DNA from: a virus | Direction: 5' to 3' (one strand) | DNA length: 64,000 nt | Virus record (IMG/VR): IMGVR_UViG_3300025133_000048 | Span: 1 to 64,000 of that record | Part shown: piece after piece, positions 26,477-37,574 of the stretch | Layout: each line of letters starts with the position of its first letter | Position numbering within the stretch: the stretch's first letter is position 1 | Made by a program: the position numbers and the translations under genes | Notes under the pieces: model-generated | Told to the model about the DNA's origin: nothing | What the model saw: the letters and a program-made list of their open reading frames with translations, nothing else | Database searches by the model: none

Positions 26477-27448
26477 ATGCCAAAACAAAGCCCCGTATTA
26501 AATAAATCAACTATTGAAGAAGAAGAGCTTATAGAGCTTGGCAATCTCGTTGGTGCTTTAAACACTGAAGTTCCAACAGAAAGAGAACCAACATACGAAC
26601 AAGCACAAGCAGAGATAGTGTTGCCCTTGGCTAGAAAAAGAGGAATGAATTCCAGAATAATCTTAGGAAAAGATCGGCTATCCACATTCTCTTCCGGTTA
26701 TGGTGGAAAAGGCACTCCTGCATCTAATGCAATCGATCTAGTGGTTGGCTTGGGTTCTTCTTATAGAGATAAAGGCTTGAGCTTGGATCAAGATACCGTT
26801 GTTGGTAAAAACCCATTTACCGACGCAGCCAGAATCTATATTTCACAAAGAACAGACCTAGACACAGCCTTTGGCATAACCGAAGGAACCAAATTTGCTA
26901 TTGATAAGCCACAGAGATCAAGTGGTGGAGGGGTATCCGGAATAGGAATAAAAGCCGACACAGTATTGGTAGTGGGCCGAAGAAATGTGAAGATAAAAGC
27001 AGGAAAGTCTGATGCTGTAAGTCTTGGAAAAGATGGAGAAACCGATGCTCATGGAAGAAAGATAGATACTGCTGATAATAAAATAGAGCTTATCGGAGCC
27101 CAAGGCTTAGAGCTAGAACCTATGGTATTAGGAAACAAACTAGCTTCTGCTCTAGAGAAGATGAATGCTTCAATAAACAAAAACAACCTATCAATACAAA
27201 AGATGATTTTAGAAATCATGCAATTGAGATTGATGCTAATCTTACACATTCATGGCGATCCACTAACCGGAGTAACACTTCCATCACCGGATTTGGCTAT
27301 TGGTCTGATAAACAAGCTACCTAAAGATTTGCAAGACCAAGCAGAGGGTTACATAGACGCATTAAATAAAATAATCGATGATCTAAACACATCCCAAATA
27401 CCAAACAAAGATAGTTACATTCTAAGTAAGACTGTATTTACAACCTGA
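26477..27448 (+). CDS. Putative baseplate spike protein
   Basis: Beta-rich middle (IGIKADTVLVVGRRNVKIKAG), PMVLGNKL, C-terminal HIH metal-tip motif. Confidence 0.55.
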   Translation: MPKQSPVLNKSTIEEEELIELGNLVGALNTEVPTEREPTYEQAQAEIVLPLARKRGMNSRIILGKDRLSTFSSGYGGKGTPASNAIDLVVGLGSSYRDKGLSLDQDTVVGKNPFTDAARIYISQRTDLDTAFGITEGTKFAIDKPQRSSGGGVSGIGIKADTVLVVGRRNVKIKAGKSDAVSLGKDGETDAHGRKIDTADNKIELIGAQGLELEPMVLGNKLASALEKMNASINKNNLSIQKMILEIMQLRLMLILHIHGDPLTGVTLPSPDLAIGLINKLPKDLQDQAEGYIDALNKIIDDLNTSQIPNKDSYILSKTVFTT

Positions 27449-27456
27449 GAAAAACA

Positions 27457-30400
27457 ATGGCGGAATCAAAATTTAAAAATCTTCAAAACGAAGTGTGCGA
27501 ACTACCACCGGAGCCACCAAGTTCTGTAAAGGTGTGCCCAACTTGCACAATCGATCCAGATTATGTTGAACCCACTTGGTGGGAGACAACAGATCCGTAT
27601 TTAAATCTTAGTGTTTGTGAATATCAAGTAGCGATACTTTCTTCCGAAAATCCCAGAAATTTATCACAAGCGGAAATAAACTATTTAGCACAAAAGTCCG
27701 TTAAAAAAGGGATTAGAAAAATTCTAAGACAATACTCTAAGCTTGAATTAGATTCGGTTGTTTGTGCTTTCCCTCCTAAGAGATCCTCACAGGTTTGCAG
27801 ATTGTACCTACCACCAGAACTGATAATTCAGTTGGATGAAATTGAAAGCCTATCTGGCCAAATGAAATCAGATGTTGACTACAATAAGCAAGACCCTGAG
27901 AATCGTTTTAATCTAGAAGCATTAGAGATCAAAGCGTTCGTTAAAGACATCTACTATGGTGATAGTTTCGAAAGATTTCAAATTCTAGTCTCAATCCCAG
28001 CAGAGGCAATTGATGTGTTGGTCAATGCCCCGTTCGGTGACGAGGAACAGGATGAGATAGAAGTAAACACTCAAACTGATAAAGTCGTGGTATTGGACGG
28101 ACGAGCATTCAAGAATAACATCCTTCAGATGAAAGCGATTTTTAAACTTTATTCCAGATACCAGTCTCTATATTACATGCTTCAGCGACTTTCTTTATTA
28201 CAGGATGTCGGCGACACTACTAAGAAATTTAGACTTACAAAGTTTCCAAATTTATTTGAAAAGTTCAAAGATTCTCTAGAGGAGCTATTAGAAGACAATA
28301 ATTACAAATTGCGTCGTCGCAAAGGAGTAAGAACCGCTCATAAGATAAAGATTGTTTTTGACAAAAGAGACCCCACAAGGCCGTATCTTATCAAATCAAT
28401 TCAGGCTAAGTACAAGGGGTGTCCATATAAGAAACTTAGAGGTCTAGGTTCCTTTCGCGAAAAAGAAGAGGTCAAGAATCAAACCCTCATGCACTACATT
28501 TCAAATTTAAATGATATGTTGAGCGAAATCGAAAATTCATCTGAACCTGTGCCGTGGCTGGATTTTGTAGCGGACCATACTTACCCACCTTTGACAATAG
28601 ACTTTGGCTCTGTTGACTCTACCAACGAAGAGCTTGATTCCTGCATTAGCGACACGTATTTATCAGAAATCAGAGATGGTTTGCTGGAAGAGGCTCTAAG
28701 CTTTAGAGAAATGATAGAATTCACTTTCAGTACACGCAATTGTCAAACCATTGAAGAATACAGAAACAACAACTTGGTAACTAAAACCAAAGAAAAAATA
28801 AAAAAGGAAAAGCTAACAAAAGAACAGCGAACCACCAGAAGAAAAAATCGTAGAATAGACAAAGAAGCTGTTAAGCTAGAGAAACAAAGAATACAGTCAT
28901 TTATTACTGCCCGCGAGGAGCAAATTTTAAACTTTGATTTCTCTAATCCAGAGGCACTAATCCAAGGATACGTTGATCTCGAAGCAGTTGATGATGATTT
29001 GGAAATTGTAAAAATCCTAAAAACAGAGGTAAAAGCCCTTAAGTCTATTATAAGTAATGCCAATAGGGCCCTGTCGGGACTTCTACTAAGTGTTGATGAG
29101 AGAACTTCTGAGGTTGATCTTTATGAACAAGCCACGCTTAGATTTGTAGAGGAACAACAACAGATTCTTAATTTAAAACAAGAAGAACTGAAAGAGTTAA
29201 AAAGAACACAAAGGCACACAAAATTCCCAGTTACAGAAGCATTGTCTTCCGAAAATTTAAAAAGACTATGGGCCGAAGCCAAAGGCCCAGAAACAGAGGA
29301 GCCCTCATTAGCAAAGAAGCTTGCCGCTCGTGCTAGCACAGAAGGTAAGGCACAAAGAATATCAAAAAATGCCGGCAGAAGTTTAATTTCAAAAATAAAC
29401 CCATGCAGTTGGGAAGGGGTTCTATTTGATGTAATAGAATGCTTGCTCGGTGGCATGTCACTAGCAGAGGCTATACCGATAATTGTAAAATCTACACTAA
29501 GTAAGACTTCGCCATTTGTATTGCAGAAGGTTCTACAAGGACTACCACCAGAAACTCAACTTGAAGTCGAAGAGAAAGTAAAAGAAGAATTAGCAAACAT
29601 TTCTGCTGATGCCGCTGCTGCATTTAAGACTCCTTGGGATGCGGCAAGCGAACAAGCAGCAAAAGAAGAACTATTCGATAATACAGCAGATAGAGATAAG
29701 CAATTGAACGATCTTAGTGAAACTGTCGAGATAGTTTTTGATGCATATGTAGAAGCAATTATAGAGCTGGCAGGTATTGACCGATTGGTTGAGATGCTTG
29801 ATAAGATTCCCGGTGCGAATGTATTCAAAAAAGTGTTTCTACAAGCTGCATGTCCGTCTGTCAACAATCTGACAGTTGGAATAGACGATCTATTTGGCTC
29901 TCTTAAGATTGGCTTTTGTGAAGATGGAGCCAATGGCTATATCCTACCAGAAATACCCAATTTACCTTCTTTGAGAATGATTGGTGTTAAAGGTGTGATA
30001 AACATCTTATTACAGGAATTCAGAGAAAAAATTGTTGAGCTAATAGATAAGCTGATTTTAATTCTTTTTGTTAAAGTTTTGGAACTATTAGACAATTCGC
30101 TATGCAGATCAATAGGAGCATTGGGCTCTTTGTTGGCAAACCAAATCTCAGGTCAAGATACGACTAGAAATGGCCTGTTAGATGCAATAAATGATGCGTT
30201 TTGTAACTTTGATGGAAATGCTAATGATACACAGGATGATTTACTAAGCCGAGCAGGTATGCCAGATTCTGCTAAATCATCAATTGCAAATAGTATCTCT
30301 AGAGCAATGTCTCCAAATGAGATTAAACAAGCACTTTTAGATTGTTCCTCAGTGCCATCTCGTGTATGGAAAGCAATTTATGCAATCATACAGGTAACTT

Positions 30401-33400
30401 ATCCAGATCTCTTAGAAATTATAAACGGCCCTGATGATGTAAAAGAGATCTTTTGTATAATGGGTTCATTATTATCTCCGGAGCAAAGAGGCCGTTTAGA
30501 AGATAGTTTTGACACTGAATCTCCTCTTGCAAATAGACCAATGGATAATAGTATTTGTCTTACAAATTCAGAAAGAGTGGCATGGGATCAAAGAAGAATA
30601 GAGTTTTATCAAAATGACGGCTTGGATTCTGATGCCGCTGAGGACTTTGTAAATGGCCTTAATGATAAAATGTTATCAGATTTAGCAGACCTAATGGACT
30701 TGCTTGCAAATGGCCCTGAAGGGGTCTTGGAAGATCTTTTTGGAAAAGCATTTGAACCAAGCCCTGATCCGGAGTGTATTGAGAGTTTAAACATCCTACC
30801 TCCTCCACCAGAAGAAATAAAGCAACTCCAAGCACAGATTTCTGAAGGTATCTTTGGCACTCTTTCAAGTGCCTTCACAAGAGATATGATAGGTCACAGG
30901 CATGCATTTATTGATAACATTTTGGCAGATTCTCGTGGAAAAAGACTAACCGGTTTTCTCCAGCATGAATCAAGAGTTGGATTTGATTTATTGTTCCCTA
31001 ATGCAGCAAATTCGATTGAAGATCATAGGGACAAATACGATCAATCCGGATACATAACGAAAGCCATCATGGCCCAAAAGCTTTTTCCGGAAGACACATT
31101 TGAGGGCAACCAAGAAACAGAAGATGGAATAACAACACCGGAAGCAAATCATCTTTTTCCAGATACCATTTCAATCTATGCCAGAAAACAGCTTATGGAC
31201 TCCACACAGGAAATAGAATTCACAACAGGTCCGGATAGTCCATCTTTTATTTTAAATTTCAAAGACATTAGCGAAAAACCCGAAGATTATGAGTTTGATA
31301 AAGGTTTTAACTTAGTTTATAAAAACAATACGAATTCAGATGATAGCTTTAAAAGAGACGGATTATACGTTATAAGAAAAACAGACCTGAACAGAATAAA
31401 AGATAACAACATTCAAAGAACTCGCGATTTTAGATTAAGAATACCTTATGGGCTTGAAAATAATAGTAAGCTCGTACAACAAATAGATTCGGGAGAGAAC
31501 ACATTAAATCAACCGTATGTCAATTTCCTATTCTCAGAGTATATCAAGAGAACTTGGTCTCGTGCTGGTGTCAACAACTTACAAAATACAGATACCCTTT
31601 ATGACAAAATGAATACAGGAATTGCCGGACCCCTTATACACTCTCTTTTAGAAGATTCCAGAGAACCAGATGGGATTCCTACTGGTTTTAGATTTGGCTA
31701 CAATAACGATAAAATAACATATGAAGATTTGTTATATGTGAATCCCGAAGCCACCGACGATACAGATACTTGGGAATATACATATGAAGAAGAGGACAAG
31801 ACCTTGGGCAAGTCCGCAACAGGAAACAAAAGAGTTAAATTCTTAGATCCGGCAAAGTACGGAGGCAGATACACAAAACCAAAACTGTATCTTGAACCAA
31901 CCGAACATGATGGATGGTATAGAGTATTGCAAATAGTAGTCCCAGAACTTGATGGATGTGATCCAAGAAGATCGGACTTTCTTTATCTAACAGAAATCTC
32001 AGATAAGGTTTCTAGTTTGCAAAACACTCTGCCAACGGATAAAAGAATGGAATTAGATGAATCCTGTACTCAAGAACCAGCATTTGATAAACTTTTATCA
32101 CCAAGTAGCACTGCCTACATGGAAGGTGTTATTACTGCAACCATAAGAGCCTATTGCTCTGAGGCCATTTTAAGAACGATGCCGATGGTTTCACAATTAA
32201 AGCTAGACTTTAAAAGAAATTATGATGATGCTTTTTTATCTTTGATAGTAGAGAAGATGGAAGAAGAAATGACAGAGCAGGGCGGCATTGGCGACGGGTT
32301 TACATTTTCAAGAATCAAAGAGTATACATATTGGCTTCTATTTTTAGAGCAGGTTGTGCAATCATCTTATAGAAAAGTCAAAGAAGGAACTTTGCCGAGA
32401 GAACCTTTGTTGCTAAGTATGCTGCGTGACACCAATAGAATCTCCAAGAACTATCTCAGACCAGAGTTAGAAGACATAAGATTGATAAGAGCAATAGGAT
32501 CTTATTCATTAGATTTTGAAGGGAACATAGTCGCGGTACAATTCAAGCGCAACCAGTCCTCTCAAAAGGCACAGAATAGGGGAATTCGTCTGCTAAATGC
32601 CCTTGCTTTTGGTGCATACGGAAAAGACTATAGGGATACACTACTTAAGAAAAAGAAAGACGAAAGAAGAGTAAGGATCAAGGTTCTTAGCCTAAAAAGA
32701 CTAAAAACGATCACAAGGGAATTTGACCTACACAACAGCATGATGCTTAGTAAGTCAATTTTAAGATTTCACATAAGAGCAGAACTAGAAGGTTATTCTG
32801 ATAAGCTAGATGAATTCTTCGTCCCGCAGCCTTATATCTTTGATCTTAGCAAATTTTTTATTGGTGCTAGCAACATTTGTAAAAATCACACAATACAAGC
32901 TGGCCTTTCGGAAGTCGAAAGACCGGTAGGGGAATCCTCTCTTCCGTATGGTGACATAAATGAAGTAGTACAAGATCCTTCTGTACAAAATCCTTTAGAG
33001 GATTTAGAAATTACAGATGAGATCAAAAACAATGGAGTTTTCTTTTTAGAAAAGTATGCAGTGGTGACACCCAAAGGAACCAGAAGCAGTAGTTTCACAA
33101 CACTTCTAAATGGAGTGGTTTCAATAACAGAGCTACAAAGTGAAATAAGAAACTTTCGTGGAGATAAAGAAATATTAATTTCCGAAGCGCTTGGAGATGC
33201 AATAGAAGTATTAGATGAGAATGGAAATGTATTAACTTATGACGGCAGCATTGGTATTAAGTTTGGAGTCAGGTTATGTTATGCACCTCCGAGCAATTTT
33301 GCTGTTCCAAATGCAATTGAATTTGACAGAGCATTTAAAGCCAAGCCTGTGGAAGGTTACGCCGGCTCTGCTCATTATTTTCCAATTGCAAAGTTTGAAC

Positions 33401-33915
33401 AAGATATAATAGACAGAAAGCTTAACGAAATAGACCTACAAGATACGAATCTTGGTGAAGACCTAAAATGTTATGTTGACAAGCTTGTTTCTACAAGCGA
33501 ATTTGACCTTGTTATTAACAATCTTCTGATAACCAGAAGGATTTCCGGATTAATGTCAATTTATATGTATGATGCCTTTATAGATTCACTAGGCTTAGAT
33601 TCATCAGAAAGAGAAGAAGGCTCGGAGAATAGAGGAAACCAAAAATGGAAAGGAAACATTCTGGATGATACAAAAGACCAGTGTAGAGCGCTTTTCGCCT
33701 CTTTTTATCGCTCAATGGACTCTGACGACGACAGTCTTGATGAGACAAAAGAGAAAAATAGGAAAAAGCTATTCTCTAATTTACTTCCCAATGGCTTATT
33801 TAATATAGATAGATCTGTAAAGTGGTGGCAACTCCGTAGAAGATTAGAAGATCGACCATTTAATAAAGATGGCGAAGATTGTGTAAATGACTTAGCAGAG
33901 ATTTTTGGAGGATAA
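27457..33915 (+). CDS. Very large (2152 aa) putative structural/baseplate-associated protein
   Basis: Uninterrupted ORF between the spike and gp25-like genes; helical, with scattered Cys. Confidence 0.6.
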   Translation: MAESKFKNLQNEVCELPPEPPSSVKVCPTCTIDPDYVEPTWWETTDPYLNLSVCEYQVAILSSENPRNLSQAEINYLAQKSVKKGIRKILRQYSKLELDSVVCAFPPKRSSQVCRLYLPPELIIQLDEIESLSGQMKSDVDYNKQDPENRFNLEALEIKAFVKDIYYGDSFERFQILVSIPAEAIDVLVNAPFGDEEQDEIEVNTQTDKVVVLDGRAFKNNILQMKAIFKLYSRYQSLYYMLQRLSLLQDVGDTTKKFRLTKFPNLFEKFKDSLEELLEDNNYKLRRRKGVRTAHKIKIVFDKRDPTRPYLIKSIQAKYKGCPYKKLRGLGSFREKEEVKNQTLMHYISNLNDMLSEIENSSEPVPWLDFVADHTYPPLTIDFGSVDSTNEELDSCISDTYLSEIRDGLLEEALSFREMIEFTFSTRNCQTIEEYRNNNLVTKTKEKIKKEKLTKEQRTTRRKNRRIDKEAVKLEKQRIQSFITAREEQILNFDFSNPEALIQGYVDLEAVDDDLEIVKILKTEVKALKSIISNANRALSGLLLSVDERTSEVDLYEQATLRFVEEQQQILNLKQEELKELKRTQRHTKFPVTEALSSENLKRLWAEAKGPETEEPSLAKKLAARASTEGKAQRISKNAGRSLISKINPCSWEGVLFDVIECLLGGMSLAEAIPIIVKSTLSKTSPFVLQKVLQGLPPETQLEVEEKVKEELANISADAAAAFKTPWDAASEQAAKEELFDNTADRDKQLNDLSETVEIVFDAYVEAIIELAGIDRLVEMLDKIPGANVFKKVFLQAACPSVNNLTVGIDDLFGSLKIGFCEDGANGYILPEIPNLPSLRMIGVKGVINILLQEFREKIVELIDKLILILFVKVLELLDNSLCRSIGALGSLLANQISGQDTTRNGLLDAINDAFCNFDGNANDTQDDLLSRAGMPDSAKSSIANSISRAMSPNEIKQALLDCSSVPSRVWKAIYAIIQVTYPDLLEIINGPDDVKEIFCIMGSLLSPEQRGRLEDSFDTESPLANRPMDNSICLTNSERVAWDQRRIEFYQNDGLDSDAAEDFVNGLNDKMLSDLADLMDLLANGPEGVLEDLFGKAFEPSPDPECIESLNILPPPPEEIKQLQAQISEGIFGTLSSAFTRDMIGHRHAFIDNILADSRGKRLTGFLQHESRVGFDLLFPNAANSIEDHRDKYDQSGYITKAIMAQKLFPEDTFEGNQETEDGITTPEANHLFPDTISIYARKQLMDSTQEIEFTTGPDSPSFILNFKDISEKPEDYEFDKGFNLVYKNNTNSDDSFKRDGLYVIRKTDLNRIKDNNIQRTRDFRLRIPYGLENNSKLVQQIDSGENTLNQPYVNFLFSEYIKRTWSRAGVNNLQNTDTLYDKMNTGIAGPLIHSLLEDSREPDGIPTGFRFGYNNDKITYEDLLYVNPEATDDTDTWEYTYEEEDKTLGKSATGNKRVKFLDPAKYGGRYTKPKLYLEPTEHDGWYRVLQIVVPELDGCDPRRSDFLYLTEISDKVSSLQNTLPTDKRMELDESCTQEPAFDKLLSPSSTAYMEGVITATIRAYCSEAILRTMPMVSQLKLDFKRNYDDAFLSLIVEKMEEEMTEQGGIGDGFTFSRIKEYTYWLLFLEQVVQSSYRKVKEGTLPREPLLLSMLRDTNRISKNYLRPELEDIRLIRAIGSYSLDFEGNIVAVQFKRNQSSQKAQNRGIRLLNALAFGAYGKDYRDTLLKKKKDERRVRIKVLSLKRLKTITREFDLHNSMMLSKSILRFHIRAELEGYSDKLDEFFVPQPYIFDLSKFFIGASNICKNHTIQAGLSEVERPVGESSLPYGDINEVVQDPSVQNPLEDLEITDEIKNNGVFFLEKYAVVTPKGTRSSSFTTLLNGVVSITELQSEIRNFRGDKEILISEALGDAIEVLDENGNVLTYDGSIGIKFGVRLCYAPPSNFAVPNAIEFDRAFKAKPVEGYAGSAHYFPIAKFEQDIIDRKLNEIDLQDTNLGEDLKCYVDKLVSTSEFDLVINNLLITRRISGLMSIYMYDAFIDSLGLDSSEREEGSENRGNQKWKGNILDDTKDQCRALFASFYRSMDSDDDSLDETKEKNRKKLFSNLLPNGLFNIDRSVKWWQLRRRLEDRPFNKDGEDCVNDLAEIFGG

Positions 33916-33917
33916 GT

Positions 33918-34301
33918 ATGGCTATAAAGAATATAACAGTTGAGTTTCCACTCAAAGTAGGACCAGAGGGCTATTTGGTATCTATAACAGAGGAAAATGT
34001 TGCTGAATCAATAAAATTTAATCTTAAAAACATTTTGTTAACGATTCCGGGAGAAAAGCTCTCCGACTCTAATTTTGGTGTTGGCTTATTGAGATACTTA
34101 TTTTTAAATAACAACGAGGATTTAAAGCCTCTCAAATTCGTCATCAGAGAACAGATAAAGAGATATTTCAATGTTTTTAGCAATTTGGACATTGAAACCG
34201 ACATAAGCCGAATGAATGAGCAAGTTTTAAAAGTAAAGCTTGTTTATGTGATAGATGAAATTAAACTATCGGACGAGTTGGAAGTTGAAGTTTCTCTGTG
34301 A
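33918..34301 (+). CDS. gp25/GPW-like baseplate protein
   Basis: IKFNLKNILLTIPGEK...FGVGLLRYLF. Confidence 0.88.
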   Translation: MAIKNITVEFPLKVGPEGYLVSITEENVAESIKFNLKNILLTIPGEKLSDSNFGVGLLRYLFLNNNEDLKPLKFVIREQIKRYFNVFSNLDIETDISRMNEQVLKVKLVYVIDEIKLSDELEVEVSL

Positions 34302-34315
34302 AATTAACGAGCAAA

Positions 34316-34323
34316 CTATTTAT
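34316..34323 (+). promoter_or_regulatory. Putative late-promoter motif CTATTTAT
   Basis: Intergenic, before the wedge gene RBS AAGGA. Confidence 0.6.
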
Positions 34324-34347
34324 TTTTGATGTGAAGGAATCTGCTAC

Positions 34348-36147
34348 ATGCCCAAAAACAAAAACATACCTATAAAATATACAAATAGAGATTTTGATAC
34401 AATCAAGCAAGACTTGATAGATTATGCAAAAAGATACTACCCAAATACTTACAAAGATTTCAGTGATGCCTCATTTGGTTCAATGGTTTTTGACATGGTT
34501 GCATACGTCGGAGATAACTTATCTTTTTATTTAGATTACCAAGCGAATGAATCATTTCTAGATACATCTGTTGAATTTTCTAACATACGAAAGCATGCTC
34601 GGTCTATGGGCTATTCATTTGCTGGTGTACCTGTGTCTTATGGCTTGGCATCATTCTTTATCTTGATACCTGCTAATGCAGATGGAAATGCACCAGATCC
34701 TCTTTACATACCAACTTTAAAGAAAAATACATCTCTTCGATCAGCTTCTGGTGTATCCTTTTTGCTATTGGAAGATGTTGATTTTTCAGATCCCAAAAAT
34801 GAAGTTGTAGAAGCACAATACAATAGTACAACTGGTGGCGTTACTTATTATGCTATTCGTGCCTACGGCCAAGTCTCATCAGGTAAACTGCAGTCAGTTG
34901 ATATTAATCTGGTTAATGCTTCGTTTGAAAAATTTAGAAAAGTAAGAATAGGCGCCTCCGCTATTTCAGAAGTAGTAAAAGTCGTCGACTCAGAAGGAAA
35001 TGTCTATTACGAAGTAGACTATTTGAGCCAAGAAACAATCATGATAGAAACAACAAACCCAACTGCTTTGTCTGATGGCGTAAGATCTATTATGAAACCA
35101 TTTGTAACAGCAAGAAGATTTATTATTGAGCAAGATAATACCGGAACTTATTTACAATTTGGCTTCGGATCGGAGGATGACGATGATTCTGGACTAGCAG
35201 ACCCCTCAGCGGTTGCGTTGAATCTCCATGCTAGGGATGCGATAACTGCCACGTCTATTGATCCTTCAAAACTATTAGGGACTGACAAATTTGGAATCTC
35301 TCCTTATGGAACCACTCTGAAGGTAATTTATCGGGTTAATGACTCAACAAATGTTAATGTTGGTGCAAACCAGCTTGATAGAGTTATTTCGCCTGTTGTA
35401 AAATTCAATGACCCAACAAGTTTGAATTCTGCCACAGTGGCATACATAAGGGGTTCTCTCGAAGTTACAAATGAAGATCCAATAAGTGGACAAACAGTCG
35501 AGATCTTATCAGATGAGCTTAAAGTTAGAGCAAAGAACTATTATGCCACACAGAACAGAGCAGTTACAAAACAGGACTATGAATCGATTGCATATAACAT
35601 GCCAAATAAGTTCGGGTCAATAAAAAGAGTTAATGTGGTAAACGATCCTCTGTCAACAAATAGAAAACTAGCCCTGTATGTTATTTCAGAAAATCAAAAT
35701 GCAGAATTGATAACTACAAGTGCAAGAATAAAAGAAAATTTAAAATCTTGGCTAACACAGTACAAGTCTATAAACGATCAGATGGAAATCTTTGATGCAA
35801 AAATAGTAAATTTTGGAATAGATTTCGAAGTATCGGTTGATAATAGATATAGTCGTGATGAAGTGATCACTAATGCCATAAATAATTTAGCGAACAGGTA
35901 TTCTCCAAAGTTTTATATAGGAGAAGCCATCTACTTAACAGAGATCTATAACATTCTGGTAAAGACAACTGGAATTATTGATGTTAAGAAGGTTGAGGTC
36001 TTCAATAAGTATGGGGGAAATCATTCCTCGATTCCGTTTGACTTTGACAAAGTTAGTTCAAAAGACGGCTCATACTATAAAATTCCAAAAAACGTGATCG
36101 TTGAATTAAAATTTCCAAATGAAGACATAAAGGGTGCCGCCAAATGA
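34348..36147 (+). CDS. Baseplate wedge subunit (T4 gp6 / baseplate J-like)
   Basis: YTNRDFDTIKQDL...DFSDAS.G...AYVGD.LSFYLD.QANE.FL; QNRAVTKQDYE. Confidence 0.9.
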   Translation: MPKNKNIPIKYTNRDFDTIKQDLIDYAKRYYPNTYKDFSDASFGSMVFDMVAYVGDNLSFYLDYQANESFLDTSVEFSNIRKHARSMGYSFAGVPVSYGLASFFILIPANADGNAPDPLYIPTLKKNTSLRSASGVSFLLLEDVDFSDPKNEVVEAQYNSTTGGVTYYAIRAYGQVSSGKLQSVDINLVNASFEKFRKVRIGASAISEVVKVVDSEGNVYYEVDYLSQETIMIETTNPTALSDGVRSIMKPFVTARRFIIEQDNTGTYLQFGFGSEDDDDSGLADPSAVALNLHARDAITATSIDPSKLLGTDKFGISPYGTTLKVIYRVNDSTNVNVGANQLDRVISPVVKFNDPTSLNSATVAYIRGSLEVTNEDPISGQTVEILSDELKVRAKNYYATQNRAVTKQDYESIAYNMPNKFGSIKRVNVVNDPLSTNRKLALYVISENQNAELITTSARIKENLKSWLTQYKSINDQMEIFDAKIVNFGIDFEVSVDNRYSRDEVITNAINNLANRYSPKFYIGEAIYLTEIYNILVKTTGIIDVKKVEVFNKYGGNHSSIPFDFDKVSSKDGSYYKIPKNVIVELKFPNEDIKGAAK

Positions 36148-37574
36148 GTATAAAAAGATACACAGCAATAGCAGATAACACAATCACAAATGCCTTTGAG
36201 AGCGATTTGTCCACCAGAGCTACTGGGTCAAATGCCGGAGCAGCCGATGTAATAGAGATTTTTTCAATTTATGGTCAAGCGACAACTAGCTCTGCTGAGG
36301 CATCTAGAGCACTTGTACAATTTGACACATCACAGATTTCAGCTGATAGAACCGCTGGATTAATTCCGGCCAATGGGTCAGTTTCGTTTTATTTAAAAAT
36401 GTTCAACACTGAACACATCGAAACAACACCAAGAAGTTTTACATTAGCTGTACAAGCAGTTTCACAGTCTTGGGAAGAGGGGAATGGATTAGATCTTGAT
36501 TCTTATACTGATTTAACTTATAACAACATAGGTTCAAATTGGATAAAAAGATCAGGCAATAACAGCTGGGTTGCTCAAGGGGGTGATTTTCACACAACAC
36601 CAGTATTTACAGCGACATTTGACAAAGGATCAGAGGATCTTGAAATCAATGTAACTTCGCTAGTAGAAGAGTGGATTGCTGGAACCAAAGATAACTACGG
36701 TTTTGGCATCTTCTTATCCGGATCATATGAATCCGGAACAACATCTTATTATACAAAAAAGTTCTTCGCTAGATCAAGCGAATTCTTTTTTAAAAAGCCG
36801 ATCATAGAAGCAAGGTTCAACGACGACATCAAAGATGATCGTGGTAATTTTTATTCCTCTTCTTCCCTCGCACCTGCTGAGGACAACCTTAATACAATTT
36901 ATCTATACAACTATGTTAGAGGAAGGCTTAGAAATATACCGTCAATTGATACCGGCAACATCTATGTTGATTTTTATCAAACCCTAGGCGGAACAGCAGA
37001 GACACTATGTATTGATACACCAGCCACAGGCGGGTATGTCTCTGCTGGTATCTATTCTTGTTCTGTTTGTGTTTCCACAACCGCCACCACTCTTAGAGAT
37101 GTCTGGCACGATGGATCAGGAACACAATTTCATACAGGAACTATTTCTGTAAATTCTCTCGCATCAGAGACACATAGTACAAACCAAAGGTATGTCCTAT
37201 CAATAAGTAACATGAAAAGCCAATATAGCAATCAAGAAACTGCAAGATTTAGATTATATGCACGTGTAAAAGATTGGTCTCCAACAATTTATACTGTTGC
37301 CTCTGCAGCTCCGGAAAACTTAATAATACCATCGGCATCTTATGAGGTTTGCCGTACATCAGATGGAGCCAGAGTTATACCTTTTGGAACCGGCTCTGAT
37401 TGGCATACCGGCTTGGCACATGATGTTAGCGGAAATTACTTTGATCTAGACTTATCTATGCTTGAAGCCGGTTATTCGTATGATATAAAATTTGCCTTTT
37501 ATAATGATTCGGTAACCGACTGGGAAGTTCAGCCGTACAACTTTAGATTCAAAGTGAGAGAAGATGAGTACTAA
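36144..37574 (+). CDS. Baseplate/tail protein with a DNRLRE-like domain
   Basis: ADNTIT, SRALVQFD, VSQSWEEGNG, INVTSLVEEW...NYGF pattern. Confidence 0.6.
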   Translation: MSIKRYTAIADNTITNAFESDLSTRATGSNAGAADVIEIFSIYGQATTSSAEASRALVQFDTSQISADRTAGLIPANGSVSFYLKMFNTEHIETTPRSFTLAVQAVSQSWEEGNGLDLDSYTDLTYNNIGSNWIKRSGNNSWVAQGGDFHTTPVFTATFDKGSEDLEINVTSLVEEWIAGTKDNYGFGIFLSGSYESGTTSYYTKKFFARSSEFFFKKPIIEARFNDDIKDDRGNFYSSSSLAPAEDNLNTIYLYNYVRGRLRNIPSIDTGNIYVDFYQTLGGTAETLCIDTPATGGYVSAGIYSCSVCVSTTATTLRDVWHDGSGTQFHTGTISVNSLASETHSTNQRYVLSISNMKSQYSNQETARFRLYARVKDWSPTIYTVASAAPENLIIPSASYEVCRTSDGARVIPFGTGSDWHTGLAHDVSGNYFDLDLSMLEAGYSYDIKFAFYNDSVTDWEVQPYNFRFKVREDEY

